From Trypanosoma brucei (Eukaryota), in NCBI GenBank assembly GCA_000002445.1, contig CP000066.1, forward strand, positions 704,001-768,000: DNA of 64,000 nt, given 5' to 3'. The position numbers and the translations under genes are program-made. Of this stretch, positions 30,433 to 40,286 are shown piece after piece; the first letter of the stretch is position 1, and every line of letters starts with the position of its first letter. Below the pieces are notes generated by a model. It was not told the DNA's origin. It searched no databases and saw nothing but the letters and a program-made list of their open reading frames with translations.

Positions 30433-31527
30433 TTAGTCCATATCAGCTCCGTAGCCGCCGTCTGCAACCTCCAGTGGATTTTCCACCTGCTGCCTCATTG
30501 CCTCTTCTCGCCGCTGTCGTTTTGCCTGAAGTCGTTCCTCTCGCTTGCTTTTCTTCCGTGCAACGTTTTCATCCTGCTCTGCCTTCCGCTTCGCTCGCTC
30601 GTTGCGCTTGGCGCGAACCCTTGCCTCATCCCGTGCGACCAATTCCGCAGACTTTCTCAAAAACCTGTGAAACAAAACCTCGCCCGTCGCGAATCCATTT
30701 GTCACCTTCACCAGCTGTAACGTGAGGCGAGGCCCAATTTCCTGAAGCTTAATGCGACATTGTTCACGATGCTTTCGAAATGGCACTGCCAGCGGAACTT
30801 CCTCGCCCTCACCATCAGTGTCAGACCAAACATCCTCGCGCTCTAGAACTTCGTCTATGGACTCTAACTGCCCAAGCTTCGTCGGGCACCGGCGCTCAAG
30901 AAGCTTCTTCACCGTTTTACTTACACCAACAGCCTTAGCATTGATATAATAGTGGCGGACTTCCACAACGTGCTCCACATGATCGTAGTGAAATAGGCAA
31001 ACACGTTGAATATCCGTGTTCTTCACGAGTTGAATATTAACCGTTGGGAACATCCCCTTAAATGTTGTCTCAAGCAGTGGTACCTCAGGCCGGAGCCGCG
31101 CATCGGGGTGAGTGAAGTTGTTCAACACAACAATTGGGGCTACATTCCACACCGCATTGCCGAGGTTTGCGGGTCGTCGCTGTTTTGCCACAATCTCATC
31201 TCTGAGAGTAAAGGAAAGCACGCGAAACGTTAACGTCGGACCATTTGAGAAGCGCATGATACGAAGGGATGTGCCATACGATGGAGCGGTGAATAACTGC
31301 AAGTGCGAGACGCTAAGTGATGAGGCAATAACAAGAAAATCCTTGAGAGAACGGTTCTCCCCGCGGAGCTTTTTACTACTCCATGGGAGGAATACGGCTC
31401 GCCAATCATGCATGAGCGAACGAACGCTTCCTCCTACCTCACCTCTGTAGATAATAATAGACTTTGGTGTTGCCTTGTCTGCCTCAGTGGTGTCCACTGT
31501 CCCCGGCATCTTTTTAGATTTCCCCAT
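30433..31527 (-). CDS. Brix-domain ribosome-biogenesis protein, Peter Pan (PPAN)/SSF1 homolog
   Basis: MGKSKK... start. GPTLTFRV and EIGPRLTLQLVKV closely match conserved PPAN/Ssf1 Brix-domain blocks (GPTLTFQV, EIGPRMTLQLIKV). The C-terminus is a Lys/Arg/Glu-rich tail. Confidence 0.85.
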   Translation of the reverse strand: MGKSKKMPGTVDTTEADKATPKSIIIYRGEVGGSVRSLMHDWRAVFLPWSSKKLRGENRSLKDFLVIASSLSVSHLQLFTAPSYGTSLRIMRFSNGPTLTFRVLSFTLRDEIVAKQRRPANLGNAVWNVAPIVVLNNFTHPDARLRPEVPLLETTFKGMFPTVNIQLVKNTDIQRVCLFHYDHVEHVVEVRHYYINAKAVGVSKTVKKLLERRCPTKLGQLESIDEVLEREDVWSDTDGEGEEVPLAVPFRKHREQCRIKLQEIGPRLTLQLVKVTNGFATGEVLFHRFLRKSAELVARDEARVRAKRNERAKRKAEQDENVARKKSKREERLQAKRQRREEAMRQQVENPLEVADGGYGADMD

Positions 31528-31987
31528 CTTTGCCCTACTTCTCCTTTCTTCTCTTTTCTTTCTTTTTTTCAGGGAAGGACTAACAACAGAGGGACGAAAT
31601 CTCCAATAAAAACAAACCTTCCTTCCTCTGTTATCTTAGCCGTCGTAAAACAACGTTCATTACATTGTTAATTCAATTTGTTATAGACGAAGGCGGGAAA
31701 AATAAAAAGAAGAAAGGGACAATGAGGAAGGATTGAAAGTAGGTTGGACAAAAGAAAAACAAATGGAGTTAATTCAATTGGAAGGCATGAGCATCAAAAA
31801 TGGAATCCAAAGTAGACCAATGTGACAGTGTCAGTGCGCTGCAAGTCCACATATGATACCGTATTATTATTCGTTTTTTTTTGTCGCTTCGTACCTTCAA
31901 ACGATTAGGGAACATCAAATGCAATACAACCTAAAGACGACAAATAATAACACAACACATTACGAGTACACGCAATCGGTCACACCT

Positions 31988-32773
31988 TCAGTGAAGCCAG
32001 TAACCGGGATTACGAACCGTGCCTGCAATAAGTCCGGTGTACTGGCGGGAACCTCCTTCAATCACACGAAGTGCGTCGTCTGCATTACGCAACTCCCCTC
32101 CAAAAACAAATTCATTTGGCTTCTTCCCATCAGCAGTTTTGTACTCGCGGAACCATTTAACAATGGTAGCCTTCAGCTCTTGTGGCACATTATTTAAAGA
32201 CCCGTACGTACCGGTCGCATCGGGTCCAATGGCCTCCGTAATGACTTTCCAGTCGGTTTCCCCCTCGTCAATAAGTCCCAACAACCCGAGGACTCGAACT
32301 GCCCTTACGGAACCAACTGCAAAGGGATTTGACGATAATTCAACGATATCAATGGGATCACCATCACCCCCACACGTCGTCAGTTGGTCCATTACTGAAG
32401 GATCCTCCCATGTTTGTGGCGCAAAACCATAGTTGAAGGGGACATCACCATACTTGAAGAACCGCAAAGCATTGCCCTCTTTCTTTAATGTGTCTTGAGC
32501 TATCGGGTTGTGCGGTTCTTCCTTCACGAGTTCCAATTTGGCACGCGTCCTTCTGGGAATCTCACATACAAATGTAATGACAGATGCATCAGGTGATGGA
32601 TGTAGCGGAAGATCATGCCATGCCGAGCGCCTCGCAACGGATCCGGCCTCGCTGCTTGTGAAGTACATGCGCCACGCCCGCGTTCCCGCTGCTCCCACTT
32701 CCTGCAATGCCCATGCGGGGAGCATAATGCCTGCTCCGGTCATCCCTTTAAACATAATTGATGTTGGGCGCAT
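31988..32773 (-). CDS. soluble inorganic pyrophosphatase (family I)
   Basis: Colinear with yeast IPP1, including the active-site blocks VCEIPRRTRAKLE, YGFAPQTWEDP, GDGDPIDIVE and LIDEGETDWKVI. The ORF track starts at a GTG (32800). The first in-frame ATG is at 32773 (MRPTSIMF...), giving 261 aa. The coding-strand PPT is about 32870-32925. Confidence 0.85.
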   Translation of the reverse strand: MRPTSIMFKGMTGAGIMLPAWALQEVGAAGTRAWRMYFTSSEAGSVARRSAWHDLPLHPSPDASVITFVCEIPRRTRAKLELVKEEPHNPIAQDTLKKEGNALRFFKYGDVPFNYGFAPQTWEDPSVMDQLTTCGGDGDPIDIVELSSNPFAVGSVRAVRVLGLLGLIDEGETDWKVITEAIGPDATGTYGSLNNVPQELKATIVKWFREYKTADGKKPNEFVFGGELRNADDALRVIEGGSRQYTGLIAGTVRNPGYWLH

Positions 32774-33198
32774 ATTATAACCTGTATTGACAATACACAC
32801 GTTTTCACCCCGACACTTTCCATAACCTGCTGCAGCGCGCAGCTTTGGAGATTCCCCTGTTCTTTCCGATGGGAATGAAAGAAGAAAAGCGGCAAAGGGA
32901 GCAAAGAAGAAGAACTGGCACCAAGAGCTATGGTGAGAGCCATCAATATATTATTTTTTTTCCGATTTTCATGCTGGGTAACCCCAAAAACATCTGTTCT
33001 GTTTTTCCCTCATCCTCCTCCCTTTTGTTTCACACCATCCCATCATCACACACATTCTGAAACTATACAACACGGGACTATTGGTGACAGTACTTCAAAC
33101 GTCCACGAAACGCGTGGCGCTGCAACAAAACACAAATACGTGTTACTCCTTCTCCCTCTCTCTCTCTTACACACGCAGTCATGACTCCCAAAGCACCA

Positions 33199-33813
33199 TC
33201 ACCCCCTAAAGAACCCAATGATGCTTCCAGTGGCACGGCACATGTAAGAGCTCACCGTAGCAACTGCTGTTCGTAAGAAAGGCACAAAACTGAGCGCGTA
33301 CCACATCATGGATAGCACCTGAACAACCGCGAAGAATACAGCCAAAAAGCTCGACTTCCAATACAGAGTAAAAAAAAGTGTGAGCAGGAGAGATACGATA
33401 AATGCAATTCCAGCCTCCAACCGCTTTGCGCTAAAGAGAGAGTGTAGTTGTTGCTTGATACCCACAAGAAACATTGTGGAACCGAAGCAGAACATATTCC
33501 CGACGGTAAGGAAAAACGCAAATTTCTTAGGGAAGAGGGCAACCGTCGGAGCGAATAGTGCAGCAATGACTATAAAAACAATTCCCATCCCGAGTACCAT
33601 AAAAAAAGCCCAAAGTCGTTGAGAGTAGGAGAGATCCATCATCTCCCGCACATCTCCTATAAGTCCGGTATCCTCCGGTATATCCAAAACCTCAACCTCC
33701 GCTGGGGGCTCATCGGAAAACATCCCAAACGCCTGACGCTTCACACCGCCAAAAAAATTTCCCGCCGAGCTGAAGGCGGATCCAAAACTCTCCTGCGCAT
33801 TGCTCAGCATCAT
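33199..33813 (-). CDS. SFT2-like (Got1/Sft2 family) vesicle-transport membrane protein, about 204 aa
   Basis: Four predicted TM helices. The layout is an acidic/Ser-rich N-terminus followed by the hydrophobic core LWAFFMVLGMGIVFIVIAALFAP...FFLTVGNMFCFGSTMFLVG...AGIAFIVSLLLTLFFTLYW...VVQVLSMMWYALSFVPF. The ORF track starts at ATG 34035, but a coding-strand PPT (33830-33900) sits inside that extension, so the start is more likely ATG 33813 or 33810. Confidence 0.6.
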   Translation of the reverse strand: MMLSNAQESFGSAFSSAGNFFGGVKRQAFGMFSDEPPAEVEVLDIPEDTGLIGDVREMMDLSYSQRLWAFFMVLGMGIVFIVIAALFAPTVALFPKKFAFFLTVGNMFCFGSTMFLVGIKQQLHSLFSAKRLEAGIAFIVSLLLTLFFTLYWKSSFLAVFFAVVQVLSMMWYALSFVPFLRTAVATVSSYMCRATGSIIGFFRG

Positions 33814-34245
33814 GGCTGCTAAACCAACAAGAGAAACCATCATAACAATAACGATAAAAAAGAAAGATAAGAATAAAAAAAATAATAATAACGAGAATAG
33901 TAAAACAACAACAAATGAAAGATTATATGTAAACAAACCATCGGAAAATGGATAAGTACAACAACAATAACAATAAGAATACAGCGGGAACAAATGGAGA
34001 AAGAGGCACACCATGGTGCTCAATGCAAATTCCATTCAAAACACTCAATAATACAATAACAAAACAGACCACGCTGAAAGTATGTGGGTGAGCACACTAC
34101 AACAGTAGAGGTTGGTTCAGAAAAAAACTGTTGGAGGAAATCAAACACATCCCCACATAATGCAAAAACAACAATAATAATGATGTTGATGATAACAAAA
34201 CAAAGGGGAGGTTTCTCCTACTTTTTAAAATAATAGTTGATAGCC

Positions 34246-34264
34246 CACACACACACACACACAC
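34246..34264. repeat. (CA)9 microsatellite
   Basis: cacacacacacacacacac. Similar CA runs occur at 27633-27650 and 56438-56457. Confidence 0.9.
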
Positions 34265-34679
34265 GCACCTGAGACTGAAGACTCATCCTTGGAAAAAAAA
34301 AACGATATGACACATCAAAGACAACAAACCGCCTTCGGAAATTCGTCAAACATCACCGCAATGTTTCCGAACATTTCAACCACAAATTGCCACAGCGATC
34401 AAAAATATGGCGGCCGTCCATTCCGAACACAACCGTTAATTTATTGCATCTGCAAACGGCTTCCAACACACGGATACCGTCACTCCCTCCCTCCCTCTCT
34501 CTCTCGATATTTAACCACCATCACATCGCAACACGGCCTTAGTTCTGACAGCATTCCCCTGCAGAATGGAAAACAGCAGAAACAGATATAAAAGAACACG
34601 TAAGTTAATCCCTCTTTTCTCTTGATTTAAAATAAAGGAAAAAAATGCGCGTCACCCACACCGCTATACTCATCTCTAG

Positions 34680-35582
34680 TTACACCATTTTGTAACTATA
34701 TAACCACGGCTGTGGCCCCTGCCGAACTCCATCAAATGACGGTGCCTCACGCATTTTATATCTTGATAACACTACGATAACTTCAGCGGGTTCATCAGAG
34801 CCCTCCGTATTAACATCCCCTCGAGTGTTTTGGGATAATTTCACTCGACGAAGGCACCGCATGAAATGCACTCGCCCACCCCTAACATTAAAATATGAGC
34901 AGTTCTTAATTAGAAGGGAGAAAGGAACCCCGTCAGCATGCGTATGAACACTGAAAGATGAATCAAGTTTACGTATCATTTGGAAGAGCTCCTGCGGTCG
35001 CACCTGAACCTCATCGTAGAAATGATTTGCATCGCGCTCGGAGTCTCTCAACGAGGAGGAATCGCCGACACCACTCCTCGACACGGTGTTTTGAATGGTG
35101 ATGACATCATTTTCCGCTACAAATTCTACCGGAAGCGGAGGTCCATATTTTAAAACGGCATCTCGTGCAAGAGAATCAAACCGTTGCTGAGCAATACTTT
35201 GTCCACTATGAGCATCCACGGTATCGTAACCGCAATGTTGCGCACGGGACAAATGCGAGCGTTCATTCCATTCGTTTGAAGTCGATGGTACCGTACGGCC
35301 GTAAGCGGTTTCATTTGCAAGCGCTTCACTCTGCTGCTGATGAAGCGCCTTAACATCTGCTGCGGTAAGTGGGCTTTGAATACCCAAAGCAGAGGAACCG
35401 TGTCGCCGCTTCCATTTTTCTTCTCTTCTCGTCGTTGCCGCCTGTTGTTTTAAAAATTCGTTCATGCAAACCCGGTGCGTCCATTGTTTTGTAGCTCTTC
35501 TGCCTGTGGAATTGACGACGGTGGCTAAACGGCGCTCGACACGTCGCTGCCGCCCGGTTGTAGCCAAAACTCCGCGAAACAT
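34680..35582 (-). CDS. hypothetical protein (300 aa) with a mitochondrial-presequence-like N-terminus
   Basis: ATG at 35582. The N-terminus MFRGVLATTGRQRRVERRLATVV is Arg-rich and amphipathic-looking. Coding-like composition; no recognisable domain. Confidence 0.5.
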   Translation of the reverse strand: MFRGVLATTGRQRRVERRLATVVNSTGRRATKQWTHRVCMNEFLKQQAATTRREEKWKRRHGSSALGIQSPLTAADVKALHQQQSEALANETAYGRTVPSTSNEWNERSHLSRAQHCGYDTVDAHSGQSIAQQRFDSLARDAVLKYGPPLPVEFVAENDVITIQNTVSRSGVGDSSSLRDSERDANHFYDEVQVRPQELFQMIRKLDSSFSVHTHADGVPFSLLIKNCSYFNVRGGRVHFMRCLRRVKLSQNTRGDVNTEGSDEPAEVIVVLSRYKMREAPSFDGVRQGPQPWLYSYKMV

Positions 35583-36400
35583 ACCTCAGAACTGAAGAGT
35601 TGTATCGTGAAGAAACACACCATGAAAAGGATTTTTGTTGTTGTTGTTGTTATTTTTTTTTTCAAAAAGGAAAAAAAAGGAAAGGGAGAAGGAGAAGGAG
35701 GGGAAAGGAGGATCATAACAATGGACAAAAGGACCCACAGGTAAAGTTAAAACATATTAGCCTTAACGGAGCATAAAAGAGAATGGGAGAAAGGAAAAGA
35801 GTAAATTACAATGGAGTGCACAAAAGGCATTATCGTATCACTGATGTGCGGAGAGAGGTCCCGCCATGCCCTCCAGTCTATAATGTGCGCGGTCAGCATA
35901 AAAACACAACATATCACGCTCCAAAATAAAGATAGCAGTCGCGAACAAATAAATAGAATTAGGATTCTCGAGATTAGGCGAAACGCGTCAATATACTCAA
36001 CTCAGAGAAAATAAAGCCCCATCCTCCCTCCCCCTCCCTCTCTTCCCTTGCTAACGCGCAGCCAAGTCCAAATAATCACGTACGTATATCATGACGCGGT
36101 GGTAAAGATGAAGACCAGGCTTTTTTTTCGACGCAGCATGCAAAAGGGAAGAAAAAAAAAAAAAGAAACATCGCTCCTTCGGCACAACAACCAAATACAA
36201 AAAAGACAAGCGTGCCTCCGGGTGCGGTGTTCCAACTTCCTCCTTACACACTGCAAGCTGCGCGCACATGCAAGGGCGAGAAATACCGATATACATAAAT
36301 ATGAAAATGGAGCGAACCTACGATGAGAAGCGTAATGATGATGAATATCTCCTTTCTTGTAAAGTACAGGTAGCAGTGGTGTGATCCTCCCTAACATGCA

Positions 36401-38365
36401 CTAAGGAATCTGCGTCTCAGCTTTTTTTTTTACAAGTGGTATGTGTTCTGACTGCGACAATGCGTTTCGGGTTGAGACTTTAGTGATGCGGAGGGCCTCC
36501 CGCTCACGGGCGGACTGCACGAACCCAGTTGGATCCACCCGTAAGTGGGCAATCACCATCGAAATGATGAAAGCAATAAAAAAGAGAATTGCCAACAGCA
36601 ATAAAGTGCCTCGATTCATTCCTACGCCCAATTCATAGTCCTCGCCAGGTGATAACATCGCCGGGTCGGAGGAATTTGAAGATTGCTGCTGGTAGACAAG
36701 GTAAGAACTCATCATTCCTCGATCCTCATGATCAAGAGAATGGCAATGGTACACCACCTCACCGGGATAACTGGCGGCCCTCCAGCGCAGTACCGTCACA
36801 CCATCAAATATGGGAATTGTGTCACGAATGTCACCGGGAAAAATACCATAGTCTGACATGGACACATTTTGATGCATTCCTCCTTCTCGAGGTACAAAAC
36901 TAACGAACTTAAAGTGATTGACATGTGCGTGAAATGGATGAGGCATGGGATCGTTGGGGTCCCCGAAGATGTGGGCCTCCACGACCGCATTGAGAGGCAC
37001 CACAAAGCCGTGATATTTGTCGTAGTCGTGACCCTTTTGTCCCATAAAATGCTCATAATAACATGTGGTAGAATTCACGAGGGAAGAACAATCAGTACCC
37101 TGCCCTATAATATAGTACGATCCCTTACCTCGAAGGGTTAACTGCGAAAAGGAAATGGACCTCTTCACAGCAGCTCCCTTCGTGTTTAGGTAACGGACAC
37201 CGGTAAGGTTTGAGCGCACGGGAAACTCCACGAGCATCGGGTGCCTACTCACTGATGCAGCAACAGCAATGTAAAAAACTGTATCACCTGTTTCCACCAA
37301 GGAAACGGGAAATGTAGTCTTTTCCGTATAATTTCCATCACATTGAACCACCACATCGTAACGAGTGGCAGTGGTAAAGTACAACCAATGGGCAATAACC
37401 TCGCGTGACTTTGCAAGTGGTACGCCATCCGCAGCAACAATGTGGAACCGACACGCCTTCGGAAGACTGATGTTGAGGTGGCAGGAGCCGGCTGCGAATG
37501 CCATGCGAAAAAGTTTAGCCTCTCCGCTGTGGACTGTCACGGTGGGCTTATGTTGTCCATTGACGAAAAAGAGGTCTGAAGTTAACTCCAATTCTTTCCC
37601 CTTCCTGTTCATTATGCGAGGTCGTGAAGACATGTTGTTTCGTATGGCCTTGTCCACAAAATCCATAGTGCGACCGTCACATAACTTGGAGGCACGTAAG
37701 CGATAGAGGTGAATAAACAATGTAACTTGAGGCATGCTGAGCAGTGTGTCATCTCCCTTTACGTCATCCACAACTAAAGCACCGAACAAACCACCCATTA
37801 ACAAGAGGTGTGTGGAGCCATGAGCATGAGTGTGATACCAGTTTAGTCCGGGAAGGTGATCATCCGGAATAGGCAATCTATACCTAATGGACTTTTTGGG
37901 TTTCACTTCCTTGAAAACATCGTCGATATTTGGATCACCATGCACACCGTGGAAGTGAATGTTCGTTGAATTTACTCCATGGTAAGTGTACATGTTTTCT
38001 TCCCCATCTCCATAATCTTCGCTACCCAAGTCGTTAAACAGATTGAGAACGAGTTTCCCTCCAGGTTTGACATGTATAGTCGGCCCTGGAAGTTGTGGAA
38101 CACCATTGTAGACGTAAAGCCGTGTCTTATATGTAAACACGGCGCCTTTTCCAAACCCCTTCAATGGAATGGTCACCTCCACGGGACGGACGTTGAGGTT
38201 CAGCAGCGTGTCTCCTCCTGATGGAAAAATATCCGTTAATGGAACCAACTCTTCACATGCACGAGATATAACCACTAAGGGAAGGAGCAAATGCAAATGC
38301 AAATGCTGGAAGAAGCGGTTCAGAACCGCAGGCGCGGAGTGTTGGCCGGTGATTCGTCCATTCAT
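36401..38365 (-). CDS. multicopper oxidase (Fet3/laccase-like), signal peptide plus C-terminal TM anchor, about 654 aa
   Basis: All four canonical copper-ligand motifs are present: HFHGVHG, WYHTHAHG, HPFHAHVNHF and HCHSLDHEDRGMM. The ORF track start (38638) is a TTG and reads through a (TA)n repeat and the PPT. ATG 38365 gives MNGRITGQHSAPAVLNRFFQHLHLHLLLPLVVISRA, which looks like a signal peptide. A C-terminal TM segment is LLLLAILFFIAFIISMVIAHL. An alternative in-frame ATG lies at 38557. Confidence 0.8.
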   Translation of the reverse strand: MNGRITGQHSAPAVLNRFFQHLHLHLLLPLVVISRACEELVPLTDIFPSGGDTLLNLNVRPVEVTIPLKGFGKGAVFTYKTRLYVYNGVPQLPGPTIHVKPGGKLVLNLFNDLGSEDYGDGEENMYTYHGVNSTNIHFHGVHGDPNIDDVFKEVKPKKSIRYRLPIPDDHLPGLNWYHTHAHGSTHLLLMGGLFGALVVDDVKGDDTLLSMPQVTLFIHLYRLRASKLCDGRTMDFVDKAIRNNMSSRPRIMNRKGKELELTSDLFFVNGQHKPTVTVHSGEAKLFRMAFAAGSCHLNISLPKACRFHIVAADGVPLAKSREVIAHWLYFTTATRYDVVVQCDGNYTEKTTFPVSLVETGDTVFYIAVAASVSRHPMLVEFPVRSNLTGVRYLNTKGAAVKRSISFSQLTLRGKGSYYIIGQGTDCSSLVNSTTCYYEHFMGQKGHDYDKYHGFVVPLNAVVEAHIFGDPNDPMPHPFHAHVNHFKFVSFVPREGGMHQNVSMSDYGIFPGDIRDTIPIFDGVTVLRWRAASYPGEVVYHCHSLDHEDRGMMSSYLVYQQQSSNSSDPAMLSPGEDYELGVGMNRGTLLLLAILFFIAFIISMVIAHLRVDPTGFVQSAREREALRITKVSTRNALSQSEHIPLVKKKAETQIP

Positions 38366-39210
38366 TCCTTCAGGTTTATTTAATTTTCGGTCACAGCCAC
38401 ACACACAAAAGAAAACACAGGCACGTGTGTACGCTGCGGTGCCGTCCCTGGGGCTGTAAATCTTTTCTTCAAACCCCCCACTTTTATACGATGAGCTAGT
38501 CGGTGTACAAATATATATATATATATATAAGAATGCCCCACTAACAGAGCTGTGCATATGAGCAAAAAAGAAAAAACAAACAAACAAATGAATGAATAAA
38601 CCAAAGTGGAAGATGAAAACATATGAGAAGAGAAGCAAGGAAACAAATATTCACAACCAAACAGAAAGCGAAACAACATATAAAATAGACAAAACCCGTA
38701 TGTGTGTTTCTTTATTCCCCCCTTTTTCCCCCCTCCCCCTCCCTCCAATGAAAAAAAAAAACACCTCCACACATATCCTCCTTTTCAATGCACATGCAAA
38801 AAGACAGAGAGAGAGAGAGGGAAAAAAAAAGAGAGAAAAAGAAATAATGAATTTATACTCACTCATACGCCCACGCCAGCGCAATGGAAGTGCCCAACTG
38901 AATCCAGTCAACAACTAAATACAGAGGGAAAAAGAAGAAATGGGGGAACTGGCGGGGAGGGAGAAGGGGGGGGAAAAAAAAAGAATGCATCTCAGACAAA
39001 TCGAAAGAATTGAAATGCACCATACGCTACACAGCATACCGTCACGCTACAACAACAAAAAAAAAAAAGAAAAATCCTACCTATCATGCTTCCTCCCAAC
39101 CAAAAAACCAAAACATCAACAACGCAACGAAATGCAATAAAAGCGAATAACAGTAATGATAACTCCTTCGCTCTACTGCATGCAAAGAAGAACAAAACAA
39201 CAACATACAA

Positions 39211-39243
39211 CATCATTATCATCATCATCATCATCATCATCAT
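39211..39243. repeat. (ATC)11 trinucleotide microsatellite (intergenic)
   Basis: catcattatcatcatcatcatcatcatcatcat. Confidence 0.9.
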
Positions 39244-39317
39244 ATAACTCCCTAAAACCGTACGCAACTGCACATTAACATGAACACCAACAGAAATGAC
39301 CCGATAATTCCACTACA

Positions 39318-39632
39318 CTACACGACTCGACTTAACTCCTCCAATTGCTCTACGGAACATCCCGTCCATTTGGGATGTGTAATGTCAACATCATTATTAA
39401 TAATCATTTGCTTATATTTAGTTTCATTCCTGCGGGCAATGGGATCACGCCAGTAGGGATATCCCGCCCACCAGCCATATTTGCGTTCCGTTTCCTCTGA
39501 GCAATGGCTCATGTGCTTCCATAAAAATATAATAGTGAAAATCCCAACCGCGGCATGCATCGGATATTCCTGAGTGAATAATTTCAGTTGGAAAACCGGT
39601 AGCCGGTCACACTTCCAACGAGTGTAAACCAT
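39318..39632 (-). CDS. small hypothetical protein (104 aa) with one hydrophobic segment; probable genuine small gene
   Basis: ATG at 39632, with a coding-strand PPT 85-130 nt upstream (39716-39763). GC-balanced coding-like composition inside an AT-rich spacer. The sequence is MVYTRWKCDRLPVFQLKLFTQEYPMHAAVGIFTIIFLWKHMSHCSEETERKYGWWAGYPYWRDP.... The classic trypanosome PPT-AG-ATG layout supports it. Confidence 0.45.
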   Translation of the reverse strand: MVYTRWKCDRLPVFQLKLFTQEYPMHAAVGIFTIIFLWKHMSHCSEETERKYGWWAGYPYWRDPIARRNETKYKQMIINNDVDITHPKWTGCSVEQLEELSRVV

Positions 39633-39715
39633 TTTTCTGCGCTTGTATGCGTAGGCGCGCTTTTACTCTCTCTCTTTTTTTTTTATTCTTCTTCTTTTGT
39701 TTTTGTTGTTGTTTT

Positions 39716-39763
39716 TCAATACAAGAAACAAAAGGGCAACAACAACAAAAAAAAAAAGATGGG
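39716..39763 (-). promoter_or_regulatory. polypyrimidine tract upstream of the small ORF 39318-39632
   Basis: Plus strand is caatacaagaaacaaaagggcaacaacaacaaaaaaaaaaagatgggg, giving a pyrimidine run on the minus strand. It supports the small ORF as a processed gene. Confidence 0.45.
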
Positions 39764-40286
39764 GTCTCCTCACAAGCGGGGGTCTCTCTGAGAAACTTAT
39801 CCTCTTTTAAAGAAAAAAAAAAAAGAAACAATTAGCAAGTAGTGTTATGGAAACAGCAAAAAAAAAAGTGGGGGAGAGATGGTGAAGACAATGGTACAAG
39901 TACAGAAATACACCCGTACACGTTATACACTCATATATTTTTATTCACTTATTTATTTACATTTGACAATGCGGAATCGCTGCAGAGAACGTGTAAGAAG
40001 GCATGTGATGGAACCCCCATCCATATCATCACTGTTATTTCTTCTGATACAAAAGAAAAAAAAAAGAAAAAAGAAAAGAAGGAAGAAAAGAGAATTTCAG
40101 CCTCCATTCCAATCCCAGAGAAATACAGTGGAGAGGTTAAATAGTAGAAGAGAAGTAATAACAAGCAATGCGAATGGGGAAGTCTCGCAGAGAGCGCGAG
40201 TGAAAGGTTCTAACATGACAAAAGAAGAAAAAAAGAAAGAAAAGAAAAAAGTAGTACATCCACAATTACATCGGAGTTCATCCATT

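Noticed and set aside
34036-34679. Longer SFT2-like ORF from ATG 34035, and other small ORFs in the 34040-34680 spacer
   Set aside because: The extension from ATG 34035 to the 33813 start is pure low-complexity (FFLFLSFFFIVIV) coinciding with the coding-strand PPT. The remaining spacer ORFs are low-complexity with no PPT-ATG layout.
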